Shown piece by piece: positions 8,876-17,643 of a stretch of 29,853 nt of DNA. Under the pieces are notes generated by a model. It made no database searches, was not told where the DNA came from, and worked only from the letters and a program-made list of their open reading frames with translations. A program made the position numbers and the translations under genes. Source of the DNA: Terrimicrobiaceae bacterium (GTDB taxonomy: Bacteria > Verrucomicrobiota > Verrucomicrobiia > Chthoniobacterales > Terrimicrobiaceae); NCBI GenBank assembly GCA_041752695.1, contig JBGSVZ010000099.1:1-29853 (forward strand), in the 5' to 3' direction. Each line of letters begins with the position of its first letter. Within the stretch, counting starts at the first letter, position 1.

Positions 8876-10792
8876 ATGAAAATCCATTCCGCCCTCCTTG
8901 CGAGTTTCCTCGCCTTGACGCTTCACGCCGCCCCGCCGCCGGAATCCGGGGATCTCTTGGAGATTGCCAAGGCGGATTTCGGGGCGGTGAAGAGTCATAA
9001 ATCCACCACGTCCCTCGTCGAGGAAAATGGACAGACCACCGGCATCAAGGTGGAGTTCGCCGCGGACCCCGGATTTCCTGGTGTGCGAATTCCCGCGCCG
9101 CCGGAGGGATGGGACCTGTCCGAATACACCGGTATTGTGGCGGAAATCACCAATCAAGGCAGCAATCCGCTCGGTGTCGCTTTGCGCGTGGACAACAAGG
9201 GGCCTGGCGAACCTTACAATACCGAGGGAGGAAAAATCGCCCCGGGGGAGACCAAGTCCGTCACCGTAAAATTCGGGTTTTCGTACGGAGGGAATCCGGC
9301 TTTCGCGCTCGACCCCGCGGCGATTGTCGGCATGCAGGTCTTTGCCTCGAAACCCGCGACCGATGGCGCCTTTGTCATTCGCAGTCTCAAACCGATCAAA
9401 GGCAGCGCCGCGCCCGCCACAAGCGCGGCCAAGCCGCCAGCCGCCGGGGCCGAAAACACCAACGCCCCGAGCATCGGCGGCGAATTGGTTGACTTCACCA
9501 AAGAGATCAATCTCTCCGCCTTCAAATTCAACCACGCCCAGGCAGCGGTCGAGGACGGCAAGATCAAGGCGACCTTTGCCACCACCACCAGCTACCCGAC
9601 TTTGCATTTCCCCATCCCGGCCGGAGGGTGGAACTTGTCGGCGTTTGGCGGGATCCAGGTCACGCTCACCAATCCTGGTGCGGAACCTGTCACCGCCGTC
9701 CTGCGCGCGGACAATGCCGGGGATTGGAAAAAAAGCCCGTGGAATTCCCAAAGCCAGAAAATCGCTCCCGGGGCGACGGAAACGATCAAGCTGGTTTTCG
9801 GAGAGGACAATGGCAAAGCCGCCTTCGCTTTGGATTCGACCCGGGTCACGGCCATCCAGGTTTTCCTCGCCAAACCCAAGCAGGACACCACCCTTCTTCT
9901 CAGTGACCTCAAAGCCTGGGGCAGCCCCGGCGCGAGCACCAGCAAGGCTTCCCTGAGCTCCCTCGCGGATCGCAAGACGCCTGTCACCCCGCCGGACTGG
10001 CTCGGAAAACGCCCGCCCGTGGAAGGCGACTGGACCCTCACCTTCGAGGATAATTTTGATGGCAGCGCGATCGATGCGAAAAAATGGGAAGCCAGCAACA
10101 GCCACTTCAGCAAATTTTTCTTCTACCAAAAGGAAAAGGCCGGCGTGGAGGGCGGCGTGCTCAAACTCGGCGCGGAGAAAAAACCCGTCGAGGGACGCGA
10201 ATACATCTCCGGTCAGCTCACCGGCTTTGGCAAATGGGCGCAGAGCTACGGGTATTTCGAGGCCCGGGTGAAACTCCCGGCAACGCGCGGATTCTGGCCC
10301 GCGTTCTGGCTGATGCCCGACCGGGATGTCAACGGCCCGACCGACCAGCAGTCGATCTGGAACCGCAACTCCACCAAGTGGGGCGGCATGGAATTCGACA
10401 TCCTGGAGCACCTCAGCGAATGGGGGCCCGGACGCCACAATGTCGCCGTGCATTGGGATGGCTACGGCGACATGCACAAGGCCTGGGGCGACACCCATGT
10501 CTATTATGGACCCACGCCCGATGGCTGGCATAACTTCGGCATGCTGTGGGAACCCGGCAAGCTGACCTGGTTCATCGACGGACAAAAGAAAGCCGAATGG
10601 ATCAATGACCGCGTCGGGTCCGTTCCCTGCCATCTTTTGCTCAGCCTGCAGCTCGGCGGCTGGGCGACGAAGAACATTGATCTGTCCAGGATTTCGGAAA
10701 CCTTTGACGTGGATTACGTCCGGGTCTGGCAACGCCCGGATCTCGCAGAGGCGGCCACCAAGGTGGATCTCACCATCCCGGCGAAAAAATAA
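8876..10792 (+). CDS. Secreted glycoside hydrolase family 16 protein with two tandem N-terminal CBM-like modules
   Basis: Signal peptide (...LTLHA). GH16 motifs WTLTFEDNFDG, YGYFEARVKLP, WPAFWL, catalytic EFDILE (10391-10408), WHNFGMLW and VDYVRVWQ. Confidence 0.92.
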   Translation: MKIHSALLASFLALTLHAAPPPESGDLLEIAKADFGAVKSHKSTTSLVEENGQTTGIKVEFAADPGFPGVRIPAPPEGWDLSEYTGIVAEITNQGSNPLGVALRVDNKGPGEPYNTEGGKIAPGETKSVTVKFGFSYGGNPAFALDPAAIVGMQVFASKPATDGAFVIRSLKPIKGSAAPATSAAKPPAAGAENTNAPSIGGELVDFTKEINLSAFKFNHAQAAVEDGKIKATFATTTSYPTLHFPIPAGGWNLSAFGGIQVTLTNPGAEPVTAVLRADNAGDWKKSPWNSQSQKIAPGATETIKLVFGEDNGKAAFALDSTRVTAIQVFLAKPKQDTTLLLSDLKAWGSPGASTSKASLSSLADRKTPVTPPDWLGKRPPVEGDWTLTFEDNFDGSAIDAKKWEASNSHFSKFFFYQKEKAGVEGGVLKLGAEKKPVEGREYISGQLTGFGKWAQSYGYFEARVKLPATRGFWPAFWLMPDRDVNGPTDQQSIWNRNSTKWGGMEFDILEHLSEWGPGRHNVAVHWDGYGDMHKAWGDTHVYYGPTPDGWHNFGMLWEPGKLTWFIDGQKKAEWINDRVGSVPCHLLLSLQLGGWATKNIDLSRISETFDVDYVRVWQRPDLAEAATKVDLTIPAKK

Positions 10793-10865
10793 TTCCTCTC
10801 ACCGGATTCGCGGGCATTCGCGCAATGGGGCGTCGGCGGGGTATTGCCCTGCCGCGCCACGGCCG

Positions 10866-10894
10866 TTGACTTCCCATTGTTCCGGGGCGATAGT
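10866..10894 (+). promoter_or_regulatory. Putative sigma70 promoter for the GT4-GH130 operon
   Basis: TTGACT(10866-10871)-17 nt-GATAGT(10889-10894), about 90 nt upstream of ATG 10986. Confidence 0.45.
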
Positions 10895-10985
10895 CTCCCC
10901 GTGTTTCGTGCAGAGTCCTTTGCCCCTTGGGTGAGCCGGATTGCTGCCACCGTGAGGCGCGCGATTCCGCGTCGTTTGCTTGCCC

Positions 10986-13244
10986 ATGGAAAATCACCCG
11001 CTCACTTCCCACCTCGCCTTTGTCGGCGATTACACGCCGCGACGATGCGGCATCGCCACCTTCACCGCCGATATTTGCGAAGCCATCGCGGCGGAATATC
11101 CCGATACAAAATGCATCGTGGGTTCGGTTAATGACCGGCCTGAGGGATATGATTATCCGGAACGGGTGCGGTTTGAGATCGCGGAGAAGGAGCTCGATTC
11201 CTACCGGCGCGCCGCGGAGTTTTTAAACATCAACAACGTCGAGGTGTTGTCGGTGCAGCATGAGTTCGGCATCTACGGAGGCCCGGCGGGAAACTATCTG
11301 CTGGAGCTGCTGCGCGAGGTGCGGATGCCGATCGTGACGACCCTGCACACCGTGTTGCAGGACCCCGGGCTGGATCAGCGCGCGGTGATGACCGAACTCG
11401 ACCGCCTGTCGAATCGTTTCATCGTGATGGCGGAGCGCGGGAAAAACCTGCTCGAGTCGGTCTATGGGGTTTCGCCGGAGAAAATCGACCTCATCCCCCA
11501 CGGGGTGATCGACATGCCGTTCATGGACTCGAATTTTTACAAGGACGAGTTCGACGTGGAGGGCAAAACCGTCCTGCTCACCTTCGGCTTGTTGTCGCCA
11601 AACAAAGGCATCGAAAAGGTGATCGAAGCCATGCCGGCCATCCTCGCGCGGCATCCTGATGTGGTCTATATTGTGCTCGGCGCGACGCACCCCAATCTCT
11701 TGGCGGCGGAGGGGGAAAAATATCGCAACCGGCTGGAGAAACTCGCGGCGGATTTGGGGGTGGCGGACACCGTAATTTTTCACAATCAGTTCGTCACCAT
11801 CGACAAGCTGAAGGAATACATTGGCGCGGCGGACATCTATCTCACGCCCTACCTCAACGCCGCGCAGATTACCTCGGGCACGCTGGCCTACACCTTCGGG
11901 GCGGGCAAGGCGATCGTTTCGACACCTTACTGGCACGCGGAGGAATTGCTGGCGGGAGAACGCGGGATCCTGGTGCCGTTTAATGACGCCGGGGCCATTG
12001 CGCGCAGTGTGAACGACATTCTTTCGCATCCCACCCGGATGACCAAAATGCGCAAGCTGGCCTGGAAACAAGGCCGGGACATGATCTGGCCGGTGGTGGC
12101 CCGGCGGTATATGGAAAGTTTTGGCCGGGCCCGCGAAAGCATGAGCGAGGCTCCGGCGGGTTTGGTGGTGGTGACGGAGTCGCCCCTGCCCATGCCTGAG
12201 TTAAAACTCGATCACCTTTTCACCATGAGCGATCACACGGGGATCTTTCAGCACGGGATCTACAACGTGCCGAATTTCCACGAGGGGTATTGCGCGGATG
12301 ACAACGCAAGGGCGTATATCTTCACCGTGTTGCTGGAAGAATACGGGCACTCCTCCCCGGAGGTACGCAAGCTTTCCAGCAGCTATCTGGCATTCCTTTG
12401 GTATGCGTTTGACGGCAATACGTGCCGGTTCCGCAATTTCATGAGTTACTCCCGCATCTGGCTGGAACTTCATGGGTCGGAAGACAGTCACGCGCGGGCC
12501 TTGTGGGCGGTGGCCACGGCGCTCGGGAGGTCCAAAAATGAAGGCCATCGCAACCTGTGCGCGCTGTTGTTTCAGCGCGGGCTGCCGGTGGTGGCGCGGT
12601 TCAGTTCTCCGCGAGCATGGGCCTTCTCGTTGATCGCGATTCACGAATATCTGCGGACGCTGTCCGGGGACCGCGTGGTGAGCCAGATGCGTGACACGCT
12701 CACGACGATGCTGGTGGATTTGTATCAGGCGAATTCGTCGCCGGAGTGGCAATGGTTTGAGCGCATCGCCACGTATGACAATGCAAAGCTGTCCCACGCG
12801 ATGATCCTGAGCGGTCATTGGACATCGAACGGCGAAGCGCTGGAGATCGGCCTCACCTCGCTTCGCTGGCTGCTGGAAGCGCAGACCACGCCGGAGGGAC
12901 GGTTTTCCTCCATCGGCTGCAATGGCTTCTGGCCGCGGGGAGGCGAGAAGGCGCGGTTTGACCAACAACCTCTCGAGGCGCACGCCATGGTTTCGGCATG
13001 CCTGGAGGCGTTTTTTGTGACACGGGAAGAATTTTGGCGACTCGCGGCCCACCGGTGTTTCGAATGGTTTCTCGGCCGCAACGATCTGGGGCAGCCGCTT
13101 TACGATGAGACGACGGGAGGCTGTCGAGACGCGTTGCTACAGGATCACCTGAACCAGAATCAGGGCGCGGAATCGAGTCTGGCCTATTATCTCTCGTGGG
13201 TGGAATTGCGCCGCGCCGAGGACCGCGAGGAGTCCGCATCATGA
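10986..13244 (+). CDS. GT4 glycosyltransferase (mannosyltransferase-like) fused to a C-terminal (alpha/alpha)6-barrel-like domain
   Basis: PRRCGIATFT, QHEFGIYGG, TTLHTV, IPHG, TFGLLSPNKGIE and QITSGTLAY...GKAIVSTPY in the GT-B part. The second domain runs from about 12201 (GIFQH, YCADDNARA, YDNA, FDQQPLE, NQGAES). Confidence 0.88.
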   Translation: MENHPLTSHLAFVGDYTPRRCGIATFTADICEAIAAEYPDTKCIVGSVNDRPEGYDYPERVRFEIAEKELDSYRRAAEFLNINNVEVLSVQHEFGIYGGPAGNYLLELLREVRMPIVTTLHTVLQDPGLDQRAVMTELDRLSNRFIVMAERGKNLLESVYGVSPEKIDLIPHGVIDMPFMDSNFYKDEFDVEGKTVLLTFGLLSPNKGIEKVIEAMPAILARHPDVVYIVLGATHPNLLAAEGEKYRNRLEKLAADLGVADTVIFHNQFVTIDKLKEYIGAADIYLTPYLNAAQITSGTLAYTFGAGKAIVSTPYWHAEELLAGERGILVPFNDAGAIARSVNDILSHPTRMTKMRKLAWKQGRDMIWPVVARRYMESFGRARESMSEAPAGLVVVTESPLPMPELKLDHLFTMSDHTGIFQHGIYNVPNFHEGYCADDNARAYIFTVLLEEYGHSSPEVRKLSSSYLAFLWYAFDGNTCRFRNFMSYSRIWLELHGSEDSHARALWAVATALGRSKNEGHRNLCALLFQRGLPVVARFSSPRAWAFSLIAIHEYLRTLSGDRVVSQMRDTLTTMLVDLYQANSSPEWQWFERIATYDNAKLSHAMILSGHWTSNGEALEIGLTSLRWLLEAQTTPEGRFSSIGCNGFWPRGGEKARFDQQPLEAHAMVSACLEAFFVTREEFWRLAAHRCFEWFLGRNDLGQPLYDETTGGCRDALLQDHLNQNQGAESSLAYYLSWVELRRAEDREESAS

Positions 13245-14698
13245 GTGCCATTGAAGTCCGCGCGACGGACATCATTTTCCGCCCCGACAGCAAGCGGGTG
13301 CTGGTGAGGCCGTTCATTCCGGCGGATCCCATCCTCGTCGCGCATATGATCGAGCGGGCTTTGTCGCTCACTGAGGCGGAGATGGAAACGCAGCTTGGAA
13401 TCCTCCGGGCCGACTTTGGGCCGCGGCATCTCGACCTGGAGGCGTGCTGGCGGCGGCACTACGAGATGGTGCGCCAGCACCTTGGCGACCGGGAGGTGAC
13501 CTTTGCCCGCCAACTCTACATCGGCGCGCTCTTTTCCGGCGAATACGCGTTGGAATCCGCGGCGCTATTTAATCCTTCCATCGTTCCGCATCCCGATCAG
13601 TCCGGGCTGGGTGAAGGTGAACGGCGGTTCGTGCTTAGCCTGAGGGCCACGGGCGAGGGGCATATTTCGTCCATCGAGTTCCGCTCGGGGATCGTTCGTG
13701 CCGATGCCTCGATCACCATCGACGAAGTTTCACGCCGGATCATCGCACCCGATGTGAAGGAAAACCCCACCTACCGGAAGGTGGTTTTTGTCCACAAACT
13801 CAAGGAGATGGGGTTCGACAACGAATGGTCACGCCGGATCATGGGGGTGCTGGGCGAGGATTTTACCCGTGAGGAACTGGAAACCGCCATCCGCCACGCG
13901 AGCGGCGAAAGCCGGACGTCCGCCCGCGAACGGGAGCGCACGATGGAGTGCGTCCACTGGCTCGCACTCTCGAACTACGAGCTGCATTTTCCCGAGCACG
14001 TCGCCCTCTCCCAACGCATCATTTTTCCCGTTTCCCCCAACGAGAGCAATGGCATCGAAGACGCCCGGTTCGTGCGATTTGTCGAGGAGGATGGCTCGGC
14101 CAGCTACTACGCGACCTACACCGCCTACAACGGCCGCGCGATCCTGCCGCAGCTGATCGAGACCCCGGACTTCCGGAATTTTCGCATCCGCACGCTCAAT
14201 GGCCAGGCCGCGCAGAACAAAGGCATGGCGCTTTTCCCCCGCCGGATCGACGGACGGTTCGCCATGATTTCGCGTCAGGATGACGAAAACATTTTGCTCA
14301 TGTTTTCCGACAACCTTCATTTTTGGAACGAACCCAAGGTGCTCGCGACGCCGCAACAACCGTGGGAATTTGTGAAAATCGGGAACTGCGGATCGCCCCT
14401 CGAAACCGAAAAGGGCTGGCTTTTGCTCACGCACGGTGTTGGCCCGATGCGGCGTTATTGTCTGGGGGCCATGTTGCTGGATCGTGAAGACCCCTCCAAA
14501 GTGCTCGGGTGTCTCAAAGAACCTCTGCTGGAGCCCTTGGGCGAAAAACGGGAAGGTTACGTGCCGAATGTCGTTTATTCCTGCGGAACAATGATTCACC
14601 AGGGGCGGCTCATTCTCCCCTACGCCCTCAGCGACACCAGTTCGACCATTGCCACCGTGGACCTTGAGGAACTGCTGCAGCGCATCCTGGAATCTTAA
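13241..14698 (+). CDS. Glycoside hydrolase family 130 protein (putative mannoside phosphorylase)
   Basis: FNPSIV, GIEDARFV, YYATYTAY, NKGMALFP, ISRQ, KIGNCG, THGV and VPNVVYSCG. ATGA overlap with the GT4 gene. Confidence 0.9.
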   Translation: MSAIEVRATDIIFRPDSKRVLVRPFIPADPILVAHMIERALSLTEAEMETQLGILRADFGPRHLDLEACWRRHYEMVRQHLGDREVTFARQLYIGALFSGEYALESAALFNPSIVPHPDQSGLGEGERRFVLSLRATGEGHISSIEFRSGIVRADASITIDEVSRRIIAPDVKENPTYRKVVFVHKLKEMGFDNEWSRRIMGVLGEDFTREELETAIRHASGESRTSARERERTMECVHWLALSNYELHFPEHVALSQRIIFPVSPNESNGIEDARFVRFVEEDGSASYYATYTAYNGRAILPQLIETPDFRNFRIRTLNGQAAQNKGMALFPRRIDGRFAMISRQDDENILLMFSDNLHFWNEPKVLATPQQPWEFVKIGNCGSPLETEKGWLLLTHGVGPMRRYCLGAMLLDREDPSKVLGCLKEPLLEPLGEKREGYVPNVVYSCGTMIHQGRLILPYALSDTSSTIATVDLEELLQRILES

Positions 14699-14704
14699 GA
14701 CGCG

Positions 14705-15514
14705 TCAACCGACCTGCTCGGTGATGACGTGAAAATTTTCCAAGGAATGGAGACCAAAGACGGTGGTGAGCGCAACATCACTGGCGTCGCGGCCCCGGCC
14801 CATCAGCACGCGGCCGATGCGGCGGGCGTTGTGTCGGGCGTCAAAGGTGTACCAGCGGCCATTGAGATAGGCCTCGAACCAGGCGCTGAAATCCATGGGA
14901 TCATCCACGGGCGGCACACCAATGTCGCCCAGATATCCGGTGGTGTAGGCGGCCGGGATGTTGAGACACCGGCAGAGGGTAATGGCCAGATGGGTGAAAT
15001 CGCGGCAAACCCCCGTGCCCTCGCGATACGACTCCAGGGCGGTGCGGTTCGAACGGGCGCGCAGGTAGTCGAAGCGAAGGTAATTGTGGACAAAGTCACA
15101 GATCGCCCGGACGCGGGCCGCGCCGCCGGAAATGTGTCCGAACCGTCCCCAGGCGAGAGAAAGTAATTCGCTGTCCGACTCACAATACCGCGTCGGCAGC
15201 AAATACGGGAGGGTATCCACCGGGAGGTCACGAATGTCCTGCTGGGGGAGGTCCGGCGGTTCCTCATCCAAAAGATTGCTGCTGCGAATCACCGCATGGT
15301 TGGTGAACCGGATCATGCCGGGGCCCGCCGAAATGCGGCCGCATTGATTGCCAAAGACGTCCAGATAATCCTGCACCGGGACGTTGGGTTCGATCCGGAA
15401 GTCCTCCGGTGCCACCAGATCAGCGAGCCGTGAAGGATGCACGCGCAAGGTGTAGAGAATGGAAGTGGCCACATTGAAGCGCAGGGCGATGTCGAAACCG
15501 ATTTTAATGAGCAT
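14705..15514 (-). CDS. Transglutaminase-like protein (TG1)
   Basis: YLLPTRYCESD, GVCRDFTHLAI, GYLGD, PMDFSAWFEAY, W.TFDAR and GRDASDV. Start ATG at 15514 (MLIKIGFDI) overlaps the amidohydrolase 3' end. Confidence 0.9.
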   Translation of the reverse strand: MLIKIGFDIALRFNVATSILYTLRVHPSRLADLVAPEDFRIEPNVPVQDYLDVFGNQCGRISAGPGMIRFTNHAVIRSSNLLDEEPPDLPQQDIRDLPVDTLPYLLPTRYCESDSELLSLAWGRFGHISGGAARVRAICDFVHNYLRFDYLRARSNRTALESYREGTGVCRDFTHLAITLCRCLNIPAAYTTGYLGDIGVPPVDDPMDFSAWFEAYLNGRWYTFDARHNARRIGRVLMGRGRDASDVALTTVFGLHSLENFHVITEQVG

Positions 15515-16730
15515 GGCGTGTAATGGTGCTGAGCCGGAAGAAGGAGCGCACCAAAAGGCGGACCCCCACTCGCAGCGCGGACTCGGCAATTTCGAACGTG
15601 GGGGTGTGTAGTGGACGTACTTCTTTTTCCGCCATCGCCACACCCAGACGCATCATGCAGCCCGGTACCATCGTCAAATAATCCGCAAAATCCTCTGCTC
15701 CCATGCTCGGCTGGCCCGTCAGCACCAGTCTCTCCGGACCCACAACTTCGCGCGCGGCCTCAAGGCACACCGCGGTAATGGCAGGGTCGTTGACCACTCC
15801 CGGGAGCAGGCGACTGAAGGTGGGTTCGATTTTGGCGCCGGACGCAAGTGCCACTCCTTCGCAAATCTGCGTGAGCCGGCTTCTCGTTTCGTTCGCCACG
15901 GCGAAATCCAAAGCACGAATCGTTCCACGTAGGGTCACGGTGTCGGGAATCACGTTTGTGCAATGCCCTCCATCGAACTGCCCAATGGTCACCACTGCGG
16001 GATGGCGCAGGTCCATCCCGCGGGGGATGAGCTGATAGATCTGGGTGACCAACTGCGCGCCGACGGCAATGGGGTCGATCGTGAGGTGGGGCCGTGCCGC
16101 ATGTCCTCCCCGGCCTCGAAGCACAAGGGTGAAATCCTGACAACAGGCAGACTGCGGGCCGGCCACAACAGCCACGGTTCCGGCAGGAAGATTGGGATCG
16201 ACGTGAAGCGCGACAATGGAGCCGACGCCCTGCAGCGCACCCGCGTTCACCATATCGAGTGCGCCCTGCCCGGCCTCTTCGGAGGATTGAAAAATCCCGC
16301 GACACCGTGCGGGCAGCGGCGCAAGCTGCTGGAGGGCGGCGAGCGCACCAAACAGGATTGCGCTATGCGCATCGTGACCGCAGGCGTGCATCACCCCGGG
16401 AACCTCGGAACGGAACGGCAAGTCGGTGGTTTCCTGGATGGGCAGGGCGTCGATGTCCGCGCGGAGAGCGATCACCGGCAGGTCGCCGGCACCGGCCAGA
16501 TCGGCCAGCAGCCCGACTCCCCCGGGTCCCGGCGTGGATGGAATGCCGCCGCGCGCGAGTTGGGCGCTTAAATACGCCGTGGTGGCAAATTCCTGCCCGC
16601 TCAGTTCCGGATGTTGGTGGAGATGGCGGCGGACGTTAAGAATCTCTGCGTCGAGAAGGAGCATCTCCTCCTCGGCACGTTGCAGAACCAGGACGGAGCC
16701 CTGGCTGGAAATGGCATCGGGCGCGCTCAA
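15504..16730 (-). CDS. M20D family amidohydrolase (HipO/aminoacylase-like)
   Basis: HQHPELSGQE, RADIDALP, MHACGHDAH, QSSEE, GGHAARPH, AEDFADY and LHTPTF. The start is either TTG 16730 or ATG 16664. Confidence 0.92.
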   Translation of the reverse strand: MSAPDAISSQGSVLVLQRAEEEMLLLDAEILNVRRHLHQHPELSGQEFATTAYLSAQLARGGIPSTPGPGGVGLLADLAGAGDLPVIALRADIDALPIQETTDLPFRSEVPGVMHACGHDAHSAILFGALAALQQLAPLPARCRGIFQSSEEAGQGALDMVNAGALQGVGSIVALHVDPNLPAGTVAVVAGPQSACCQDFTLVLRGRGGHAARPHLTIDPIAVGAQLVTQIYQLIPRGMDLRHPAVVTIGQFDGGHCTNVIPDTVTLRGTIRALDFAVANETRSRLTQICEGVALASGAKIEPTFSRLLPGVVNDPAITAVCLEAAREVVGPERLVLTGQPSMGAEDFADYLTMVPGCMMRLGVAMAEKEVRPLHTPTFEIAESALRVGVRLLVRSFFRLSTITRHAH

Positions 16731-16737
16731 GAGCCCG

Positions 16738-16765
16738 AGACTACCAGTATTGTCCCGGGTGGCAA
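16738..16765 (-). promoter_or_regulatory. Putative sigma70 promoter with extended -10 for the M20-TG1 operon
   Basis: On the minus strand: TTGCCA(16765-16760)-16 nt ending TGG-TAGTCT(16743-16738)-7 nt-TTG(16730). Confidence 0.5.
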
Positions 16766-16834
16766 TGGAACGGCCGTGGATTTATTTTCAAAAATTACAG
16801 ATCCAATTTTCCCCGATCCGGCGATAATGCGGTC

Positions 16835-17617
16835 ATGGAATTGGACGCAGGGTGTGAAATGACGGTGGAGGCTTCGGACAGTTCAGCCGTGATACTGATG
16901 TTGCAGCCCCAGACAGGGGATGGCCAAGGGGTGATTCAAAGCCAGATCACCATTGATCCCGAAATTCCTTACCAGGATTTTACCGATGCTTTTGGTAATC
17001 TCTGCCGCCGGGTCACGCTGCCGCAGGGGCGTTCCGTGATCCGCACGACCTGCCGGGTGCTGTCGCCCGACGACATTGACGTGGACCCCGACGCTCCCTT
17101 CACCCTCGTGCAGGACCTTCCGAGTGACACTCTGCAATATTTGCTCCCGAGCCGGTATTGCCAGTCGGACATGCTATTAAAGATGGCCTTGCGAATCACC
17201 AACGGCGTGCAGCCGGGCTACGCCCAGGCCGAGGCTATCCGGCTCTGGATTCAAAAACGGGTGAAATACAAATACGGGGTGAGTGACGCCTCCACCTCCG
17301 CGGTGGACACCGCCAAGAAAAAGGCCGGGGTCTGCCGGGATTTTTCGCATCTCGGAATGGGACTTTGTCGCGCTTTGCGCATTCCTGCCCGCATGGTGGT
17401 CGGATACCTCTACCAACTCGACCCGATGGACCTCCACGCGTGGTTTGAAGCATTTGTGGGGGGGCGGTGGTACACATTCGACGCGACCCAGAAAGCTCCT
17501 CGCGGCAACCGGATTGTCGTAGCCTACGGCCGGGACGCAGCCGATGTGGCGCAGCTTTCGGAATACGGGCCGTTGCAGACCACAGCGATGCGGGTCTGGG
17601 TGGACCCGGCTGCCTGA
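16835..17617 (+). CDS. Transglutaminase-like protein (TG2)
   Basis: YLLPSRYCQSD, GVCRDFSHL, PARMVVGY, PMDLHAWFEAF, WYTFDAT and GRDAADV; the Cys-His-Asp triad is intact. Confidence 0.92.
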   Translation: MELDAGCEMTVEASDSSAVILMLQPQTGDGQGVIQSQITIDPEIPYQDFTDAFGNLCRRVTLPQGRSVIRTTCRVLSPDDIDVDPDAPFTLVQDLPSDTLQYLLPSRYCQSDMLLKMALRITNGVQPGYAQAEAIRLWIQKRVKYKYGVSDASTSAVDTAKKKAGVCRDFSHLGMGLCRALRIPARMVVGYLYQLDPMDLHAWFEAFVGGRWYTFDATQKAPRGNRIVVAYGRDAADVAQLSEYGPLQTTAMRVWVDPAA

Positions 17618-17643
17618 CCAGTTTCCCGCTGGTATGGCCCAAC

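Noticed and set aside
8807..10732. 641-aa minus-strand ORF (likewise 419-1585, 1011-2540, 3665-4630, 11223-13052)
   Set aside because: Each lies fully antisense to well-supported genes and has no independent motifs.
10829..10858. GC hairpin after the GH16 stop as an intrinsic terminator
   Set aside because: A stem is present (GGCGGGG/CCCTGCC) but there is no T-tract, so it was not called.
15515..15643. Track N-terminal extension of TG1 (similarly 3677, 5363, 6364, 13196, 18722, 21958, 26381)
   Set aside because: These are longest-ORF artefacts that overlap neighbouring genes or regulatory DNA. Downstream ATGs fit domain or signal-peptide starts.
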